The notes: generated by a model not told the origin, from the sequence alone. A stretch of 64,000 nucleotides of DNA from Draconibacterium orientale (GCA_020726265.1 DYSZ01000002.1:1262-65261), one strand, 5' to 3'. Shown: positions 8,877-18,763, numbered from the stretch's first letter. Translations and numbers: made by a program.

Positions 8877-9689
8877 ATGATTAAAGTAACCCTGATTTTT
8901 TGTCTGTCGCTGGTGCTTGTTTTCAACGGTTTTTCACAATCGAAAACAGTTGAAATCTTGACTAACCTAGGAACCATGAAGTTCAGGTTGTATGATGATA
9001 CGCCCAAACATCGGGATGCTTTTCTTCAACTCGCACACGACAAATATTACGACGGGACACTTTTTTACAGGGTAATCAATAATTTTCTGATTCAGGGAGG
9101 GTCAAAAACTTCGCGCGATGCAGCGCCCGGTAAGCGAATCGGGTATGGCGACCCCGATAAAACGGTTGACGACGAAATTTTGAAACATCATTTTCATAAA
9201 AAAGGCGCGTTGTGTGCGCCCCGACAACCTGACGAAATCAACCCTTTTAAACAGTCTGATATTTCACAGTTTTATGTTATCGAAGGGAAAGTTTATTCAA
9301 AAGGGGATCTTGATACGATGGAACTCGTGGTGAACCGCCCCATCAAAAATAAAATTGTAAACGAAGTGATGACACCTGCAGTTCGCGAAGAGCTTAAAAA
9401 ACTGAAGGAAGAAAAAAAGGTGGCTGAGTTCAGGGAGTTGGCGCAACAGGTAAAAGATAAAATTGAAACCGAATATAGTCTCAACCAGAATGTGCTTGTT
9501 TTTTCGGAACAGCAGCGCGAAGCCTACTCAACATTGGGTGGCTATCCCGATTTGGATGGTAAATTCACCATTTTTGGTGAATGTATTTCAGGGTTTGACG
9601 TGATTGATAAAATTGGGGCATTGAAAACCGACAAAAACGACAGGCCGGTTACCGATGTAAAAATTACAGTTCGAATTCTGAATAATTAG
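8877..9689 (+). CDS. cyclophilin-type peptidylprolyl isomerase (paralog 2)
   Basis: FYRVINNFLIQGG, SQFYVI and FTIFGECISG. The ATG overlaps the stop codon of the upstream paralog. Confidence 0.85.
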   Translation: MIKVTLIFCLSLVLVFNGFSQSKTVEILTNLGTMKFRLYDDTPKHRDAFLQLAHDKYYDGTLFYRVINNFLIQGGSKTSRDAAPGKRIGYGDPDKTVDDEILKHHFHKKGALCAPRQPDEINPFKQSDISQFYVIEGKVYSKGDLDTMELVVNRPIKNKIVNEVMTPAVREELKKLKEEKKVAEFRELAQQVKDKIETEYSLNQNVLVFSEQQREAYSTLGGYPDLDGKFTIFGECISGFDVIDKIGALKTDKNDRPVTDVKITVRILNN

Positions 9690-9748
9690 AAAAATGATTC
9701 TCAGTTATTATACCACTTGAAATTTCTAATGTACTTAAAGTTAAATTA

Positions 9749-9806
9749 TGCCACAGATTCACAGATTCAATTTAAAGAATCATTCTTAATCTGTGAATCT
9801 GTGGCA
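9749..9806. repeat. palindromic repeat, 'gccacagattcacagatt' family (full copy)
   Basis: gccacagattcacagatt ... aatctgtgaatctgtggc are perfect 18-bp arms. The central gaatcattctt is shared with the copy at 13059-13117. Confidence 0.7.
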
Positions 9807-9890
9807 ATTTATAAAAGTTTTAATATCAAATCATTTTTCAATTTAGTGGGAAAATACCTATGGCATAAATCCGGATAATCACAATTATAA

Positions 9891-11204
9891 ATGAAAAATT
9901 TTGTATTGATATTGTTGATCTCCCTGCTTTTTTCGTGCAATAAAAAAGAGGAAAAAAAGACCGAAACAGTTGCCCCTACGCTAGTTCAGAAAGAGGCTGA
10001 TGGTGAGTGGGAAGCCATAAGGGGCTCGATTGTTAAATTCGATTCGTACGATGGCGACCGCATTCTGGAAACCGGACAAGGTTTTTTTATCGATAATAAC
10101 CTGATTGTAACCACCTATTCGGTGGTGAAAAATACAACCCGGGTGGTATTTACCCCACTCAACGAAACCAAAACTTATGTCGCCGAAAAATATGTTGCCA
10201 TCGACAGAATTAACGACCTGGTGATCTTGCAGTGCGACAGCATCAGCCGAACGCCGCTCGAACTGCACTTCGATTCGGTTCCGCAATCGGCAAAAAGCAT
10301 GTACATTTTGGCCGAATCGGGTAAAACAGTGCAGCTTTTTACAGGCAAAGTGCTTAACCGTGCCAAAGTAAAAGGCAACGAAGTTTTCAGAATTACGAAC
10401 AGGGTTCGGAAATCATTTTTAGGGATGCCCATTTTCCTTTCGAACCGGAAAGTGCTTGGTTCAGCATTTTCGGCAATTGAAAGTTACGAGGAGCAGAGTT
10501 TTGCAATTCCTGCCGATTATATTGATAATTTGTATAAAAACAGAAGCAAAACGCCTTCAAGCCTGGCATCGCTGAGCAGGGTTGATGAAAAAACAGCAGC
10601 AGAAAACCGCAACATCAAAGGACTTGTGCTCGAAACTACGGCTGGCAATATTATCATCCGTCTTTTTAACGAAACACCAGAATACCGCGATAATTTTATC
10701 AGGCTTGCAAAAGAGAAGTATTTCGACGGACTTTTGTTTCACCGCGTGATCGCAGAGTTCGGAATTCAAAGCGGAGCGCCCGATTCGCGAAACGCAGGAA
10801 AGGGAGATGTGATTGGGTTTAAAGGTCCGGGCTACACATTGCCGGCGCATTTTATCCCGTCGTTGTACCACAAAAGAGGAATGATTGGCTCGCCCCGCAA
10901 ACCCGATAACAAAAACGAGCGGCTGCGGTCCGACGGGTCGCAGTTTTACATTGTTACAGGACGGAAATACAACGACATTGAGTTAAACGAACTTGAAAAA
11001 CAAAATAAGTATAAATTCAGCGCTGAACAACGCGAATATTACAAAACCATTGGTGGAGCACCACATCTCGATGGTTCTTATACCGTTTTTGGCGAGGTGG
11101 TTGAAGGAATTGAAATTGCCGATGAAATTGTAAAAGCTGAAACCGACGACGAATGGCGCCCGGTAAAAGATGTCAGGCTGAAAAAGATGAGAATTTTGAA
11201 ATAA
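9891..11204 (+). CDS. fusion protein: N-terminal trypsin-like (apparently inactive) domain + C-terminal cyclophilin PPIase, lipoprotein
   Basis: Lipobox LLFSC. The N-terminal half resembles the S1C fold (GQGFFIDNNLIVTTYSVV, NDLVILQ, FLGMPIF). The C-terminal half has FHRVIAEFGIQSG, SQFYIV and YTVFGEVVEG. Confidence 0.75.
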   Translation: MKNFVLILLISLLFSCNKKEEKKTETVAPTLVQKEADGEWEAIRGSIVKFDSYDGDRILETGQGFFIDNNLIVTTYSVVKNTTRVVFTPLNETKTYVAEKYVAIDRINDLVILQCDSISRTPLELHFDSVPQSAKSMYILAESGKTVQLFTGKVLNRAKVKGNEVFRITNRVRKSFLGMPIFLSNRKVLGSAFSAIESYEEQSFAIPADYIDNLYKNRSKTPSSLASLSRVDEKTAAENRNIKGLVLETTAGNIIIRLFNETPEYRDNFIRLAKEKYFDGLLFHRVIAEFGIQSGAPDSRNAGKGDVIGFKGPGYTLPAHFIPSLYHKRGMIGSPRKPDNKNERLRSDGSQFYIVTGRKYNDIELNELEKQNKYKFSAEQREYYKTIGGAPHLDGSYTVFGEVVEGIEIADEIVKAETDDEWRPVKDVRLKKMRILK

Positions 11205-11208
11205 CCGG

Positions 11209-11832
11209 TTAAAACAAATCAGCCATTTCCATTCCCTCCTGCAACCAAAAAGTTTTTAATCCCGCTGCCTGCGCACCTGCTATATTCTTTTCAAGGTCAT
11301 CAACAAAAAGTGTTTCATCAGGATTTACCCCTGAATGTGCTATCACTTTCAGGTACGAACTCACGTTGGGTTTGTTGTCGTGAATTTCGTGTGAATGGTA
11401 ATCTTTTACAAAAAGCGACGAAAATGAAAAGCCGTATTCCTGCTGAAATGCAGCGTGAAGCCGTTCGATATGAATCTGGTTGGTATTGCTGAAAAGATAA
11501 ACATTGTACGTTTTTGCAAGTTCCTGTACTTTTTTTACACGGGTTGCAGGAATGTCGAGAATCATCGCATACCAGGCATCTTCAATCTGCTTATCAGAAA
11601 TACCTGGGTTTTCCAACACTTTTCTCACACCTGCGCAAAATTCAGCCTGGGAAATCTTACCTGTTTCGAGCGAATAAAAAACCGGGGCGGAATAAACAAG
11701 ATGCTGGTCGAGCACATCGTTTTTCAGACCTAATTGCTGAAATGCGCGTACCGATGCATTAAAATCGAGATTCAGGAGCACCCGGCCCAAATCGAAGATG
11801 ATGTTTTTTATATTTGTCAAATCAGGTTTCAT
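11209..11832 (-). CDS. HAD-superfamily hydrolase
   Basis: Start moved to MKPDLTNIKNIIFDLGRVLL (DxG variant of the HAD motif I), which removes the overlap with mtnA. C-terminal FVDDLEKN motif. Confidence 0.7.
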   Translation of the reverse strand: MKPDLTNIKNIIFDLGRVLLNLDFNASVRAFQQLGLKNDVLDQHLVYSAPVFYSLETGKISQAEFCAGVRKVLENPGISDKQIEDAWYAMILDIPATRVKKVQELAKTYNVYLFSNTNQIHIERLHAAFQQEYGFSFSSLFVKDYHSHEIHDNKPNVSSYLKVIAHSGVNPDETLFVDDLEKNIAGAQAAGLKTFWLQEGMEMADLF

Positions 11833-11878
11833 ACATAGCTTTTGAGTTCGCGAAAATAATGATATAATTTGGCCGACA

Positions 11879-12997
11879 TTGAAAATACAAGACAAACATT
11901 ATCACACCATTTGGTTAAAAGTGGGCGACAAACGGGTGGTTCAGGTAATTGACCAGCGTAAAATTCCTTTTCAATTTGAAATTTTCGACATCGCAACTGT
12001 TGACGAAGCCTGTTTTGCCATCAGCGAAATGGTTGTCAGGGGTGCACCGCTAATCGGTATTACTGCTGCTTTCGGGATGTACCTTGCCGTTTTGAATTCT
12101 GATGGTTCTGATTTCGAAAATTACATTGCACGGAATGCTGAAAAGCTGAAAGCCACTCGGCCTACCGCTGTAAACCTGGCGTTTGCAGTGGACGAAATCA
12201 GTAATTTCATCCTGAAAAACAAAAGTAGAAATAACCTGCATGAATTGGTATTCGAAAAGGTTGAATCAATGAAGTTACAGGAAGTTATCAATTCAGAAAG
12301 AATAGGTGAATTTGGCCTGTCTTTGATTGAAGCAATTTACGCCCGCACAAAACAAACTGTAAACATACTTACCCACTGCAACGCCGGCTGGCTGGCGTGT
12401 ATCGACTGGGGAACTGCAACTGCACCCATTTATAAGGCACATCTGCAAGGAATTCCTGTTCATGTTTGGGTTGATGAAACCCGTCCGCGAAACCAGGGTG
12501 CCCGGCTTACCGCTTTCGAGTTGGGAGAGCAGGGTGTGCCACACACTGTAATTCCGGATAATACCGGCGGACACCTGATGCAACACGGAATGGTTGATTT
12601 TGTGATTGTGGGCAGCGACCGCACAACTGCCGGCGGCGATGTGGCCAATAAAATAGGTACTTACCTGAAAGCGTTGGCTGCTGCTGACAACGGAATCCCA
12701 TTTTATGTCGCGTTACCATCTTCAACTTTCGATTTTACCATGAGCGATGGAATTCGCGAAATTCCCATCGAACAGCGGAATGTAGTGGAGGTGGCAGAAA
12801 TAGAAGGAATTATCGGCGGACAAATTCAAACCGTGCGGATTATTTCTGAAAAAAGCCCGGTGGCAAATTATGGATTTGATGTTACTCCGGCGCGGCTGGT
12901 TACAGGTTTAATTACCGAACGCGGAATTTGCAAAGCAAATAAAGAAAGCATTCTTGACTTATTCCCTGAACAAAAACAAATAAAAACGCAATGGTAA
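11879..12997 (+). CDS. mtnA: S-methyl-5-thioribose-1-phosphate isomerase
   Basis: DQRKIP..., VRGAPLIG and GSDRTTAGGDVANKIGTY are typical of the MtnA/eIF-2B family. Confidence 0.85.
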   Translation: MKIQDKHYHTIWLKVGDKRVVQVIDQRKIPFQFEIFDIATVDEACFAISEMVVRGAPLIGITAAFGMYLAVLNSDGSDFENYIARNAEKLKATRPTAVNLAFAVDEISNFILKNKSRNNLHELVFEKVESMKLQEVINSERIGEFGLSLIEAIYARTKQTVNILTHCNAGWLACIDWGTATAPIYKAHLQGIPVHVWVDETRPRNQGARLTAFELGEQGVPHTVIPDNTGGHLMQHGMVDFVIVGSDRTTAGGDVANKIGTYLKALAAADNGIPFYVALPSSTFDFTMSDGIREIPIEQRNVVEVAEIEGIIGGQIQTVRIISEKSPVANYGFDVTPARLVTGLITERGICKANKESILDLFPEQKQIKTQW

Positions 12998-13058
12998 ACC
13001 CGATTTACACCTTAAGTTTTTTGCTCAACAATCTGAAAAATTATTTACAAAAAAAGAT

Positions 13059-13117
13059 TGCCACAGATTCACAGATTAAGAATGATTCAATAAGCAGAAT
13101 CCGTGAATCGGTGGCAT
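13059..13117. repeat. palindromic repeat, 'gccacagattcacagatt' family
   Basis: gccacagattcacagattaagaatgattc...gaatccgtgaatcggtggc, with imperfect arms. Lies between mtnA and the MTA phosphorylase gene. Confidence 0.65.
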
Positions 13118-13135
13118 TATAATGGAGAAAAAAAT

Positions 13136-13879
13136 ATGAAAATTGCAATCATCGGAGGTTCAGGTTTTGAAAACCCTGATTTATTAAAAGAACAAAACGA
13201 AATACAGGTTGAAACGCCTTACGGAGCGCCGTCATCGACATTCAGAACCGGAAAAATCGGCAATATTGAAGTTGTTGTTCTTTCGCGCCACGACCGCGAC
13301 CACGCGATTCCACCCACGCAGGTAAACAACCGCGCTAATATTTGGGCGATTAAACAATTGGGTTGCACACACATTCTTGCCACCACTGCCTGCGGCAGTT
13401 TACGCGAAGAAATTATGCGCGGCGACCTTGTGATTTTAGACCAGTTTATCGACTTCACGCGCTTCCGTAAGGTGAGTTTTTTCGAGACTTTTCAGCACGG
13501 TCAGCTAAGCCACACGCCAATGGCCGATCCGTTTCATGCTGAATTGCGCGAAAAACTGATTGAACAGGCAAAAAAACTTAACCTGAGTTTTCATCCGTCC
13601 GGAACTGTGGTTACCATCGAAGGACCACGTTTTTCAACCCGAGCCGAATCGAATATGTTTCGTTTGTGGGGCGCCGATGTAATTAATATGTCGGTTGCAC
13701 CCGAGTGTATTCTGGCCAAAGAACTTCAGATTCCATACGCAGCTATTGCTCTCAGCACCGACTACGACTGTTGGAAAACCAATGAGGAACCAGTAACCTG
13801 GGAAGAAGTGCTCAAGGTTTTTAATCAAAACGCGGAAAATGTAATCAGATTGATTTCAGCCACCGTGGGTAGTTTCTGA
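13136..13879 (+). CDS. mtnP: S-methyl-5'-thioadenosine phosphorylase
   Basis: Start at MKIAIIGGSG. SRHDRDHAIPPTQVNNRANIWAIKQLG is the MTAP-type PNP signature. Confidence 0.85.
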   Translation: MKIAIIGGSGFENPDLLKEQNEIQVETPYGAPSSTFRTGKIGNIEVVVLSRHDRDHAIPPTQVNNRANIWAIKQLGCTHILATTACGSLREEIMRGDLVILDQFIDFTRFRKVSFFETFQHGQLSHTPMADPFHAELREKLIEQAKKLNLSFHPSGTVVTIEGPRFSTRAESNMFRLWGADVINMSVAPECILAKELQIPYAAIALSTDYDCWKTNEEPVTWEEVLKVFNQNAENVIRLISATVGSF

Positions 13880-14163
13880 TATTTCCACGACTTTATTTTT
13901 TGTACTGATTTCGATTAGAATCAACATTGTTTTCGGGCGTTGTGGCATAAGATTTGTAAAATCCCAAATACTGTTTCAAAGCCATGAAAAAATGAATTTT
14001 GCTTAAGTGTTGCGAATTCTCAACCGGTTAGACCGGTTCTTTATTCCCGAGGCTGTCTAAAAAAAGTTCAGCCTCTTTTTTTTGATACAAAGATTTCATA
14101 TAATATGAATATAATTCGTTTATGGTTAGTATATTAACAGTATAAAGATAAACGGATTCAAAA

Positions 14164-14589
14164 ATGTCGAACTCAGTTTTCAAATTAAATTTTCAAGGGC
14201 AAATTTCACTTTCCCCAGCCCGGCTTGACCAAAATTTAGCAGAAGATTCAACTGTTCGGCTGGTGAACCAAATAGTAGATAAGCTTGATTTTACAGATAT
14301 TGAGAAGACATATGCAGGGGGGGACTTCATCGTATCATCCGCGAATGATGCTAAAAGTGCTGTTTTATGCCTACATGAACAACATTTATTCGTGCCGGAA
14401 AAATCGGGAAACAATTGTTGGAAAACATTCATTACATGTGGCTTTCGGGGAATCAAACACCCGATTTCAGGACCATCAACAACTTTCGTTCGCTGCATTT
14501 GAAGGGAACCATTAACAGGCTTTTCAGACAGGTTGTACTGATGTGGATTGAAAAGGGGTATATCAGTTTGCAGACAGTTTATATCGATT
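14164..14589 (+). pseudogene. IS1182-family transposase, N-terminal remnant with two frameshifts and 3' truncation
   Basis: Three successive frames give ...VRLVNQIVDKLDF..YAGG / GGTSSYHPRMMLKVLFYAYMNNIYSCRK / ENIHYMWLSGNQTPDFRTINNFRS..FRQVVLMWIEKGYISLQTVYID. Homology stops there and the catalytic DDE part is absent. Confidence 0.8.
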
Positions 14590-14729
14590 ACGAAAATGGA
14601 ATCACGTGCCGGGCGTTACACATTGTAACCCAACTTGACTTTACAAAAAATGCTGCTTAAAAGTTAAAAAATGAAAGCTGCCCTTTTTTAGATTTTGAAC
14701 AGCTTCCTTATACTAAAAACCAAGTTCTG

Positions 14730-16067
14730 TTATAATTCAATCGGGATTCCGTTGTAGAAATCCAGAATTTTTGTGCGGAAAATATACTCGTATTTTGCCT
14801 GTAACAATTGCGACTGGGCAGATGTAAGTTGATTTTTCTGCAGATTGTAATCAACCGAATTTACCATACCCACATTAAATTTTTCCTCCACATAACGGAA
14901 AGCTTCCTGCATCGATACAACTGCTTTTTCGGTTGAGATGTATCGGTTTAAAGCAGCAAGTGCGTTTGTGTATGCCTGTTCAATTTCTTTGCGGAGCGTG
15001 TTGCTCGATGTTTGCAAACGATATTGATAGTCCTGAATTTGTATTTCGGCATTTGACACCCCGTTTTTTACCTGGAACTGGTTAAAAATCGGGATTCCCA
15101 AAGTTAACCCGAGCGACGACCGGCCATTGTTTTTCAACTGATCGCCAAAAGCGATATCGGCACCGTTAATATCTGTGTATTTATTGTTGTACAAGTTGTA
15201 GTAGTTCGCATTGAAAGCCAGGTTTGGGTAATAATTTCCTTTTGCAATTTCAAGATATTTTTCAGCACTTTTAACCCGCAACTGTGCCGCCTGAATTTCG
15301 GGGCGTACATGTAAAGCATTGTTAAACACGTCGAATGAATTGGCCATCGAAATATTGGCTTTGATTTCGGGCAGCATAGGTTTTTCGATTTTGAAACTTT
15401 CGGCGATGGGTAATTCAAGTAATTGGTACAAACCAAGATAGTACAATTGCAAATTGTTATTGTCGTTCACCATTTGTAATTCCTCGCGAGCTAATTGGGC
15501 TTCAATTTCGAGTTGGGCACCTTTTGCCAGGCTGCCGGCTTCAACCAGTTGTTGTGTACGCGAAAGCTGCTGTTTGGTAACTTCCATCTGCGCTTCATCG
15601 ACCAAAACAAGTTCTTCGGCAAACAAAATCTGGAGATACATGCCGGCAATATTCAGTATCATATCGTCTTTTGCTTTTTGCAGATCTTTTAAAGTAGCCT
15701 GCAAATCAAGCTCCTGCTTTTCGATGGTATTTGTCAGCTGAAAACCATTAAAAATGGTAAAGTTGGTACTTGCACCACCACTGACACTCGATGAGTTTAC
15801 ATTTTTGTAGGTATTCAGATAGGTAAGCGAGCGGCCGAAACTGTTGTCGTTTCCGATTTGTGCATTAAAATTGGGCAACCGGTTCGATTTTGCCTGGCTC
15901 ACCTGGTTCTCGTAATACTGTGTATTCAGTTGTTGCTGTTTTAACTGTATGTTGTTTTCAAGCGCATAATCGATACATTTTTGCAGCGACCACACATTTT
16001 GGGCAACAGAAGTAAAACCTGTAAACACAAAAGCTGCAGCTGTAAACAGAATAAGAAGATGCTTCAT
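14730..16067 (-). CDS. TolC-family outer membrane efflux protein
   Basis: 445 aa with a signal peptide. Two-repeat coiled/beta architecture, and last gene of the efflux operon. Confidence 0.85.
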   Translation of the reverse strand: MKHLLILFTAAAFVFTGFTSVAQNVWSLQKCIDYALENNIQLKQQQLNTQYYENQVSQAKSNRLPNFNAQIGNDNSFGRSLTYLNTYKNVNSSSVSGGASTNFTIFNGFQLTNTIEKQELDLQATLKDLQKAKDDMILNIAGMYLQILFAEELVLVDEAQMEVTKQQLSRTQQLVEAGSLAKGAQLEIEAQLAREELQMVNDNNNLQLYYLGLYQLLELPIAESFKIEKPMLPEIKANISMANSFDVFNNALHVRPEIQAAQLRVKSAEKYLEIAKGNYYPNLAFNANYYNLYNNKYTDINGADIAFGDQLKNNGRSSLGLTLGIPIFNQFQVKNGVSNAEIQIQDYQYRLQTSSNTLRKEIEQAYTNALAALNRYISTEKAVVSMQEAFRYVEEKFNVGMVNSVDYNLQKNQLTSAQSQLLQAKYEYIFRTKILDFYNGIPIEL

Positions 16068-16121
16068 TTTTTCTTTTTTTTAATCGTGCTAAAATATATA
16101 AAGTAATTGACTGCTCAATTA

Positions 16122-17246
16122 TTAACCTTTGCCGGGTTGTTCTTTACCTGTTTTTTTTGGGTCAATTTTGTCGCCTTTCACTTTGTCATCTTTGGTTAAA
16201 CCTTCGGTAATTTCAATGTTTATACCATCAGACAAACCTGTTTTCACGTAACGTTTTTCAAACTGTTGCTCAACGCCTGTCTGAATTTCGACATACGAAG
16301 AGTCGTTTTCAAATTTCAGCATACCTTCCGGAATCACCATCACACTGTCTTTGCTGTCGAGAACGATATTTGCGTTTGCACTGTATCCGGCCCTGATAAA
16401 CTGGCCTTCCTTCAGTTTCACATCTGCTTTTATTTCAAACTGAATTGCTCCGTTTTCTTCTTTTCCTTTCGGAGCGATGTAAGCCAGCACTGCATCAAAT
16501 TTTTCTTTGTCGATTGCCCCGATTTCAAGTTCAATTGGCATTCCTTCCTTTATTTTCCCAACTTCGGTTTCGTCAACTTTGCCTTCAAAAATCATATCGT
16601 GCATATCGGCTACAAGCGCAATGGTCGTTCCGTCGTTAAACGTGTTCGACTGAATTACCGAATTACCTGCTTCAACAGGCACATCGAGCACCATTCCGTC
16701 GTTGTTAGAACGTACAAGTGTATTGGTAGCAGTTTTAGCTGTTTTTGTTACACCATTTTTAATTAATTCGAGATTATTTTCTGCGGCAGTTATTTCTTCT
16801 TTGGCAGCATCAAAAGCAACCTTGGCTGTTTTAAACTCGGTGTACGAAATTACATTCTTATCGAAAAGCTTTTGCTGACGCTCAAAATCGACTTTTGCAT
16901 CCTCAAAATTGATTTTTGCCCTGTTTACCCGGTTTTCGGCGCTGTTCAGATTAACCATATCAGGGATGATTTTAATTTTTGCAATTACCTGGCCTTTTGC
17001 AATCCTGTCGCCGGCCTGTACATAAATTTCGTCGATAATTCCCGAAACCTGTGGTTTGATTTCAATTTCGAACCTTGGCACAACGGAACCGGTTGCCACA
17101 GTTTTCATTATAACATCGCTCACAAATGGCGATTTGGTTTCATACAATTCGGGTTTCTTTTTCGATTTGTTATACAAAAAATACATTGTTCCCCCGAAAA
17201 TCCCCACCAGGATTACAATTCCTGCAATTCTTAATATTCTTTTCAT
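16122..17246 (-). CDS. efflux periplasmic adaptor (HlyD/MacA-type membrane fusion protein)
   Basis: N-terminal TM segment, lipoyl-like and coiled-coil segments, and operon context. Confidence 0.85.
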   Translation of the reverse strand: MKRILRIAGIVILVGIFGGTMYFLYNKSKKKPELYETKSPFVSDVIMKTVATGSVVPRFEIEIKPQVSGIIDEIYVQAGDRIAKGQVIAKIKIIPDMVNLNSAENRVNRAKINFEDAKVDFERQQKLFDKNVISYTEFKTAKVAFDAAKEEITAAENNLELIKNGVTKTAKTATNTLVRSNNDGMVLDVPVEAGNSVIQSNTFNDGTTIALVADMHDMIFEGKVDETEVGKIKEGMPIELEIGAIDKEKFDAVLAYIAPKGKEENGAIQFEIKADVKLKEGQFIRAGYSANANIVLDSKDSVMVIPEGMLKFENDSSYVEIQTGVEQQFEKRYVKTGLSDGINIEITEGLTKDDKVKGDKIDPKKTGKEQPGKG

Positions 17247-17383
17247 GACTTTATTCCTTTATTGTTTTCTGTTTTGATTCCTGATACTTGATATTAGATA
17301 TGGTGTTCTTTATAAATAGTAAATGGTAAATCGGTAAATTGTAACTGCTTTCATTCGTTATTCTTCAATCGTTAATCGTTGTT

Positions 17384-18661
17384 CTATATTCCTTCGTCTC
17401 TTAACGCATCAATTGGTTTTATACTCACAGCTCTTCGTGCCGGAATCAATCCGGCAATAATTCCCGAAACCACCAATACCGATAATGCACCAACTGCCAT
17501 ATTAAAACTCACTTCAGGGCGTTTAAAAAAAACATCATCGGGATTTGCTGAACCTGAAGAAAGCGCCATATCGGCCAGTTCGAGCAACCCGATACCGAGC
17601 GAAAGCCCGATATACCCGGCAATTACCGTGAGAAACACACTTTCGGCAACAATATGCATGATCACGTTTCCGGGTGTTGCCCCGATAGCGCGCTGAATAC
17701 CGATTTCCTGAGTACGTTCTTTGATAATTACCAGCATAATATTGCTGACCCCGATTACACCGGCCAGCAAGGTTCCGATTCCCACAATCCAGGTAAGAAT
17801 CTGGATACCCGTAAAAAGCCCCTGGTATTTTACAAATTCAACTTCAATATTAAACGAGCCCACTGCCTGCACATCATCGGGGGCAACCTTGTGACGTGCT
17901 TTAAGCAAATCTTTCAATTTTGCCTCTAACTGGCTGGCCGGAACTCCCGGCATTGAAGTAACTGCGAAAAAATGCACCACATCACCCATATTGTAGGTTT
18001 GTTGCATGGTCGAAAACGGAATCATAATCGATTCGTTTTTGCGGTTTCCGTTAAAATTCATTCGGGTTTCGGGATGAACCACACCCACTACCTGGAAATA
18101 CACCCCATTGATTTTGAGGTATTCGCCAATCGGATCCTCCTCTTTTTCGAACATCACCTCGGCAACCCGTTCGCCAATAATACATATTTTGCGTTTGTGC
18201 AGAATATCGATATCATTAATAAGGCGTCCTTTAACAGGTACCCACGGGTCGATTTTGTAGAAATCGGGATAATCGCCGGTAATATTAAATACACCTGTTT
18301 TTTTACCCCTGATGGTGTTATCGCCGCTATTTGTATTTGGTCCAAATAGTTTGGGCGATAAATACTGAATTTCCTTTACATTTTCGCGAAGATATTGAAT
18401 ATCCTCATTTTTATAGTTCCATCTTCTTCCGCGCTGAAACCCGTTGTATGGTTTACTGGTCGGCTCAGTCCAGAAAAAAGCCGAGTTGGTGGCAAAAGCC
18501 TTAATTCCGTCCATCACACCGTTTTCGAGTGCGCGGCCTGCCCCCGACATTACTATGAGCATAAATATTCCCCAAAACACACCAAATGCTGTCATAAAAC
18601 TGCGCAACCGGTTTTTTTTCAGGGTGCTCAGAATTTCTTTCCAAAGGTCTAAGTCAAACAT
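17384..18661 (-). CDS. ABC transporter permease, MacB/FtsX type
   Basis: N-terminal MacB periplasmic domain, C-terminal FtsX with ...PARRAVSIKPIDALR. Confidence 0.85.
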   Translation of the reverse strand: MFDLDLWKEILSTLKKNRLRSFMTAFGVFWGIFMLIVMSGAGRALENGVMDGIKAFATNSAFFWTEPTSKPYNGFQRGRRWNYKNEDIQYLRENVKEIQYLSPKLFGPNTNSGDNTIRGKKTGVFNITGDYPDFYKIDPWVPVKGRLINDIDILHKRKICIIGERVAEVMFEKEEDPIGEYLKINGVYFQVVGVVHPETRMNFNGNRKNESIMIPFSTMQQTYNMGDVVHFFAVTSMPGVPASQLEAKLKDLLKARHKVAPDDVQAVGSFNIEVEFVKYQGLFTGIQILTWIVGIGTLLAGVIGVSNIMLVIIKERTQEIGIQRAIGATPGNVIMHIVAESVFLTVIAGYIGLSLGIGLLELADMALSSGSANPDDVFFKRPEVSFNMAVGALSVLVVSGIIAGLIPARRAVSIKPIDALRDEGI

Positions 18662-18664
18662 AAA

Positions 18665-18697
18665 AGCCTCCCCCCTGCCCCTCCGATGGAGGGGTGA
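18665..18697. repeat. GC-rich hairpin repeat ('SPLS.GEG' family), copy 1
   Basis: agcctcccccctg-cccctcc-gat-ggagggg. In the 137-nt spacer between the two permease genes. Confidence 0.7.
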
Positions 18698-18763
18698 TTT
18701 ATTGTTTCGATATATGTTTTTGTTTTCATGTTTTCTGATAATTTCTTATTCCTGTTTCTTCTA

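Noticed and set aside
11896-13135. A SAM or other riboswitch in front of the methionine-salvage genes.
   Set aside because: The leaders are too short. The mtnA start essentially abuts the divergent HAD gene, and the 138-nt mtnA/mtnP spacer is occupied by the palindromic repeat. No SAM-riboswitch-like conserved cores were recognisable.
14193-14498. A 101-aa minus-strand ORF across the IS remnant.
   Set aside because: It is antisense to recognisable transposase-coding frames and has no recognisable features. It is probably a chance open frame.
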